This document shows, one piece after another, positions 29,010 through 32,000 of a DNA stretch of 32,000 nucleotides; positions within the stretch are counted from its first letter, which is position 1; each line of letters starts with the position of its first letter. Location: positions 2,130,001-2,162,000 of the forward strand of contig NC_000917.1 in the NCBI RefSeq assembly GCF_000008665.1. The letters are read 5' to 3'. Source of the stretch: Archaeoglobus fulgidus DSM 4304. Its GTDB lineage: Archaea > Halobacteriota > Archaeoglobi > Archaeoglobales > Archaeoglobaceae. The notes beneath the pieces are model-generated. The model was not told where the DNA came from and made no database searches. It worked only from the letters and a program-made list of their open reading frames with translations. The position numbers and the translations under genes are program-made.

Positions 29010-30160
29010 GGCGAGTTGCAGTTGTTGGTGTCGGCCAGAGCAAGTTCGGAGAGCTCTGGGAGAAGGGATTCAGGGATATAGTCCTTGAGGCCGGAAGAGA
29101 GGCTCTGGAGGATGCCGACCTTGAGGGAAGAGAGATAGAGGCAATGTTCGTGGGCAACATGAGCGGCGGGAGGTACCTCGGCCAGGAGCACGTTGCAGCA
29201 CTCATCGCAGACTATGCTGGCTTGGCCGAGTTCGGCATTCCCGCAACGAGAGTTGAGGCCGCAGATGCGAGCGGTGGCTTGGCGGTGAGGCAGGCTTACA
29301 TGGCCGTTGCCTCGGGCTTGCACGATATTGTGATTGCCGCCGGGGCGGAGAAGGTCACCGATGTTGACGACCCCATGCAGATTCTGTCATCCTCTGTGGA
29401 TGTTGAGTGGGAGAACTTCGTTGGTGGGAGCCTTCCGGCTCTCTACGCTATAATTGCGAGGCTGCACATGGATAGCTTCGGCACGACAGAGGAGGACCTT
29501 GCACTGGTCAGCGTCAAAAACCACAGGAACGGTGCTAAGAACCCGAAGGCGCAGTTCAGGAAGGAGATAAGAGTTGAGGACGTCCTCAACTCCCCCTACG
29601 TTGCCGAGCCCCTCAAGCTTCTTGACTGCGCATCGGTGAGTGATGGTGCTGCTGCTGTAATTCTCGCCAGCGAGGACGTTGCGAGAGAAATCACCGACAC
29701 TCCGGTTTTCATCGAGGCATGCACGCAGGCGAGCGATTATCTCGCTCTGCAGAGCAGAAAGGACATTCTGTCAATGAGAGCTGTGGTTAAAGCTTCGAGA
29801 GATGCTTACGAGCTTGCGGGTGTTGGACCAAAGGACATTCAGGTTGCGGAGGTGCATGATTCCTTCACAATTGCGGAAATCCTTGCTTACGAGGACTTGG
29901 GGTTTGCGGAAAAGGGGAAGGGAGCGGAGCTCGTGAGGGAGGGCGTGACGGAGATTGGGGGAAAGATACCTGTAAACCCGTCCGGAGGGCTCAAGGCTTG
30001 CGGTCATGCAGTAGGGGCGACGGGAGTGAGGCAGATTGTTGAACTGACTCTGCAGCTTCGCGGCGAGGCGGGAGAGAGGCAAGTTGATGCCGAAACTGGA
30101 TTAGCGTTGAATATTGGAGGCACTGGAGCCACAGCAGTTGTGTCAATTCTCAGGAGGTGA
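29006..30160 (+). CDS. Thiolase family protein (acetyl-CoA C-acetyltransferase type)
   Basis: 384 aa; EAMFVGNMSGGRYLGQEHVAALIADYAG, EVHDSFTIAEILAYEDLG, NPSGGLKACGHAVGATGVRQIVE. Lacks a long C-terminal extension. Confidence 0.94.
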   Translation: MRRVAVVGVGQSKFGELWEKGFRDIVLEAGREALEDADLEGREIEAMFVGNMSGGRYLGQEHVAALIADYAGLAEFGIPATRVEAADASGGLAVRQAYMAVASGLHDIVIAAGAEKVTDVDDPMQILSSSVDVEWENFVGGSLPALYAIIARLHMDSFGTTEEDLALVSVKNHRNGAKNPKAQFRKEIRVEDVLNSPYVAEPLKLLDCASVSDGAAAVILASEDVAREITDTPVFIEACTQASDYLALQSRKDILSMRAVVKASRDAYELAGVGPKDIQVAEVHDSFTIAEILAYEDLGFAEKGKGAELVREGVTEIGGKIPVNPSGGLKACGHAVGATGVRQIVELTLQLRGEAGERQVDAETGLALNIGGTGATAVVSILRR

Positions 30161-30164
30161 GAGA

Positions 30165-30533
30165 ATGGTTCCGAGGTCGTGGAGGAAGATACGCTATCGC
30201 TACGATGTTAGGGGGAGCTACTGCGAGAACTGTGGAAGCTACCACTACCCGCCGAGAAACTTCTGTCCGACGTGCAGGAGGAGGGGAAAGCTCGTTGAAG
30301 TGCTTTTCCCCGATGAAGGGAAAGTTGTCAGCTACACCGTTGTGAGGGAGAAAGAGCCCTACGTGGTGGCGCTCATTGAGCTGGAAAACGGTGCGAGGAT
30401 ACTTTCGCAGCTTTCCTGCGAGCCGGATGAAGTTGAAATTGGCATGAGGGTTAGAAGGGCTTTCAGGAGATATGGCGAGGACGGCGAGGAGGGGATAATC
30501 CACTACGGAACCAAGTTCGTTCCGGCAGACTAG
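30165..30533 (+). CDS. DUF35 zinc-ribbon/OB-fold acyl-CoA-associated protein
   Basis: YCENCGSYHYPPRNFCPTCRR...GKVVSYTVVREKEPYVVALIELENGARIL; overlaps or abuts thiolase. Confidence 0.93.
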   Translation: MVPRSWRKIRYRYDVRGSYCENCGSYHYPPRNFCPTCRRRGKLVEVLFPDEGKVVSYTVVREKEPYVVALIELENGARILSQLSCEPDEVEIGMRVRRAFRRYGEDGEEGIIHYGTKFVPAD

Positions 30534-31156
30534 CGGAAGAACCTGTAGATTTCCCTCGCTTTTTTCTCCCCAATTCCATCAACTCTTTTAAGCTCCGCTA
30601 TGCTGGCGTTTGCTATTCTCTGGATGCTTCCGAAGTAGTCGAGAAGCTTTTCCGCCTTCTTCTCTCCAATTCCGGGAATGGCTGTGAGCATCGCTATCTT
30701 TGGATTTTCATGGCTCTTCAGCCTCGGCAGTATTTTCAGGTCGCCTTGGGAGACTCTGGAGTCAATAGACTTCAAAGCCAGGCAGAAGTCGTCCTCGTTT
30801 TTGAATACCAGCGGCACAACCTGTCCCTGAGCGTTTTTGATTGCCATGCTCACCATCGCACCTATTACTGCACTCCTGCTGATTCCCCTCTCCTCAACTG
30901 CCTCGTCGATGTCTCCTATAACCGCCAAAATCGAAAGGGGATACCTTGAAGAAAGGAGGTGGCACTGACGAAAAAGCCTGCCGTCGATTATTGAGCTGAT
31001 GAAGTCGTTAACGTCCTTTCTTTCAACGGGAACCTCATATATCGAGTGCTTTATTAGGTAATCTCCAACCTCCAAACGTTTAACATAAACATCAAGCCCA
31101 AGAGATTTCAGCTTCTCAACAATTCTTTCCGGCTCTCTGGAGTCAACAAAAATCAT
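30530..31156 (-). CDS. Helicase-less XPF/ERCC4-type structure-specific nuclease with C-terminal HhH
   Basis: IFVDSREPERI...VGDYLI...VPVERKDVNDFISSIIDGRLF...LTAIPGIGEKKAEKLLDYFGSIQRIANASIAELKRVDGIGEKKAREI. Confidence 0.92.
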   Translation of the reverse strand: MIFVDSREPERIVEKLKSLGLDVYVKRLEVGDYLIKHSIYEVPVERKDVNDFISSIIDGRLFRQCHLLSSRYPLSILAVIGDIDEAVEERGISRSAVIGAMVSMAIKNAQGQVVPLVFKNEDDFCLALKSIDSRVSQGDLKILPRLKSHENPKIAMLTAIPGIGEKKAEKLLDYFGSIQRIANASIAELKRVDGIGEKKAREIYRFFR

Positions 31157-31497
31157 AGGTACTTCTTGATAGTTTCGAGTAGCTCATGCATTCTGAAGGG
31201 CTTTTTAAGCACCTCCACAGCTCCTGCCTCGAGCATCTCTTTCCCTCTCCTGCTTGCAAAGGCCGTGATGGCAATGACCTTTGCAGCGGGATTGTACTCA
31301 AGAATTCTTCTCGTAGCCTCCACACCGTCTATACCGGGCAGCTCAACGTCCATGAGCACGATATCCGGTTTGTGCTCTTTGAAAAGCTCAATAGCCTCAT
31401 TCCCGTCGCTCGCCTTGATCACCTCGTAATCTGAGAGCATATGTCCAAAAATCTCCAGCAAGTCCGGCTCATCTTCAACCAGCAGTATCTTCTTCAT
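31153..31497 (-). CDS. Stand-alone CheY-like response regulator receiver protein
   Basis: KKILLVEDEPDLLE...DIVLMDVELPGIDGVEATRRI...VIAITAFAS...KKPFRMHEL. Confidence 0.93.
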   Translation of the reverse strand: MKKILLVEDEPDLLEIFGHMLSDYEVIKASDGNEAIELFKEHKPDIVLMDVELPGIDGVEATRRILEYNPAAKVIAITAFASRRGKEMLEAGAVEVLKKPFRMHELLETIKKYL

Positions 31498-32000
31498 CTC
31501 TAAACCCCCTTAAAAGCCTTCTAACATCCTCTGATTCCAACCATCCAGCTTCAAGCTGCTCAATTATCTCTTCAATTTTCCTGACCTGTTCAAGGATTTT
31601 ATCCTTTTCCATGTTGCCGAAAAGGTCGGCAAATCCTGTTATAACGGCCAGTGGATTCCTTATTTTATCGACAAGTATGGCAAATTGCTCGATGTTCTTT
31701 TCTATCTGCCTTAGAGACTCCTGCCTCGCCCTTTCGAGCCTTATCGCGTCGATGGCAAAGGCCACATCATCTGCCAGTGTCTGCAGGAGTCTTATCTCCT
31801 CCTCTGAAATCCTGAAATCCGAGTATATAGCCAGAATCCCAAGAACTCTGTTGCGGTGCGTCAGGGGAAAGATGTAGGCGTTTAGCTTTTCGTGTTCAGC
31901 CCAGTTAACGCAGTTTTTGGGGTGCTCTCCTGCCAGCTTTATGACCGTCCTCTGGTTCTTCAGCGCTTCGGCAACACACACTCCATTCAAAAGCTTCTCA
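31475..32000 (-). CDS. GAF-type plus degenerate histidine-kinase dimerisation-like protein, 5' end outside window
   Basis: Open to the window edge. GAF-like C-terminal part (VLGILAIYSDFRISEEEIRLLQTLADDVAFAIDAI) followed by ILVDKIRNPLAVITGFADL; stops before any HATPase domain. Confidence 0.75.
   Translation of the reverse strand, partial: EKLLNGVCVAEALKNQRTVIKLAGEHPKNCVNWAEHEKLNAYIFPLTHRNRVLGILAIYSDFRISEEEIRLLQTLADDVAFAIDAIRLERARQESLRQIEKNIEQFAILVDKIRNPLAVITGFADLFGNMEKDKILEQVRKIEEIIEQLEAGWLESEDVRRLLRGFRDEEDTAG

Noticed and set aside
28894-29205. 103-aa minus-strand ORF after the HMG-CoA synthase frame break
   Set aside because: The plus strand here encodes the conserved HMG-CoA synthase C terminus and the thiolase start, so the antisense ORF is not supported.
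1-32000. CRISPR arrays or defence island
   Set aside because: No regularly spaced direct repeats and no cas, restriction-modification or toxin-antitoxin genes recognised by reading.

Overview
The window looks like ordinary chromosome from a hyperthermophilic euryarchaeon. Gene content and sequence style fit an Archaeoglobus-type genome (inference, no search was run). From left to right it holds:
- the tail of an NrfD-like membrane subunit, an ICMT-like methyltransferase and a CDF transporter
- an acetyl-CoA synthetase gene broken by a 1-nt frameshift and by a 1247-bp IS element with a 7-bp target duplication
- a two-ORF DUF5320-like locus
- a feoA-dtxR-feoB iron operon (minus strand)
- an orphan CO dehydrogenase/acetyl-CoA synthase alpha/epsilon pair
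- an intron-containing tRNA-Trp whose intron is a C/D box RNA
- a SpoU/TrmH methyltransferase, a transglutaminase-fold membrane protein lacking its catalytic Cys and His, and Elp3
- a small winged-helix regulator, UPF0058 and an Hrq1/MrfA-like helicase
- an MBL-fold hydrolase, a zinc ribbon protein, a CMD/AhpD protein, a QueG-like Fe-S protein, an LLM oxidoreductase, ThiC and a radical SAM/SPASM protein
- an XRE regulator followed by HMG-CoA synthase (frameshifted), thiolase and a DUF35 protein
- a helicase-less XPF-type nuclease, a CheY-like receiver and a degenerate histidine-kinase-like protein.
The strongest structural observations are the dual-guide C/D box tRNA-Trp intron, the shared TTAGGTTAACC(T/G)AA operator-like element upstream of the feo operon and the DUF5320 pair, the inactive transglutaminase fold, and a hairpin over the transposase translation start. 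I did not find a CRISPR array, a defence island or a clearly new multi-gene system.
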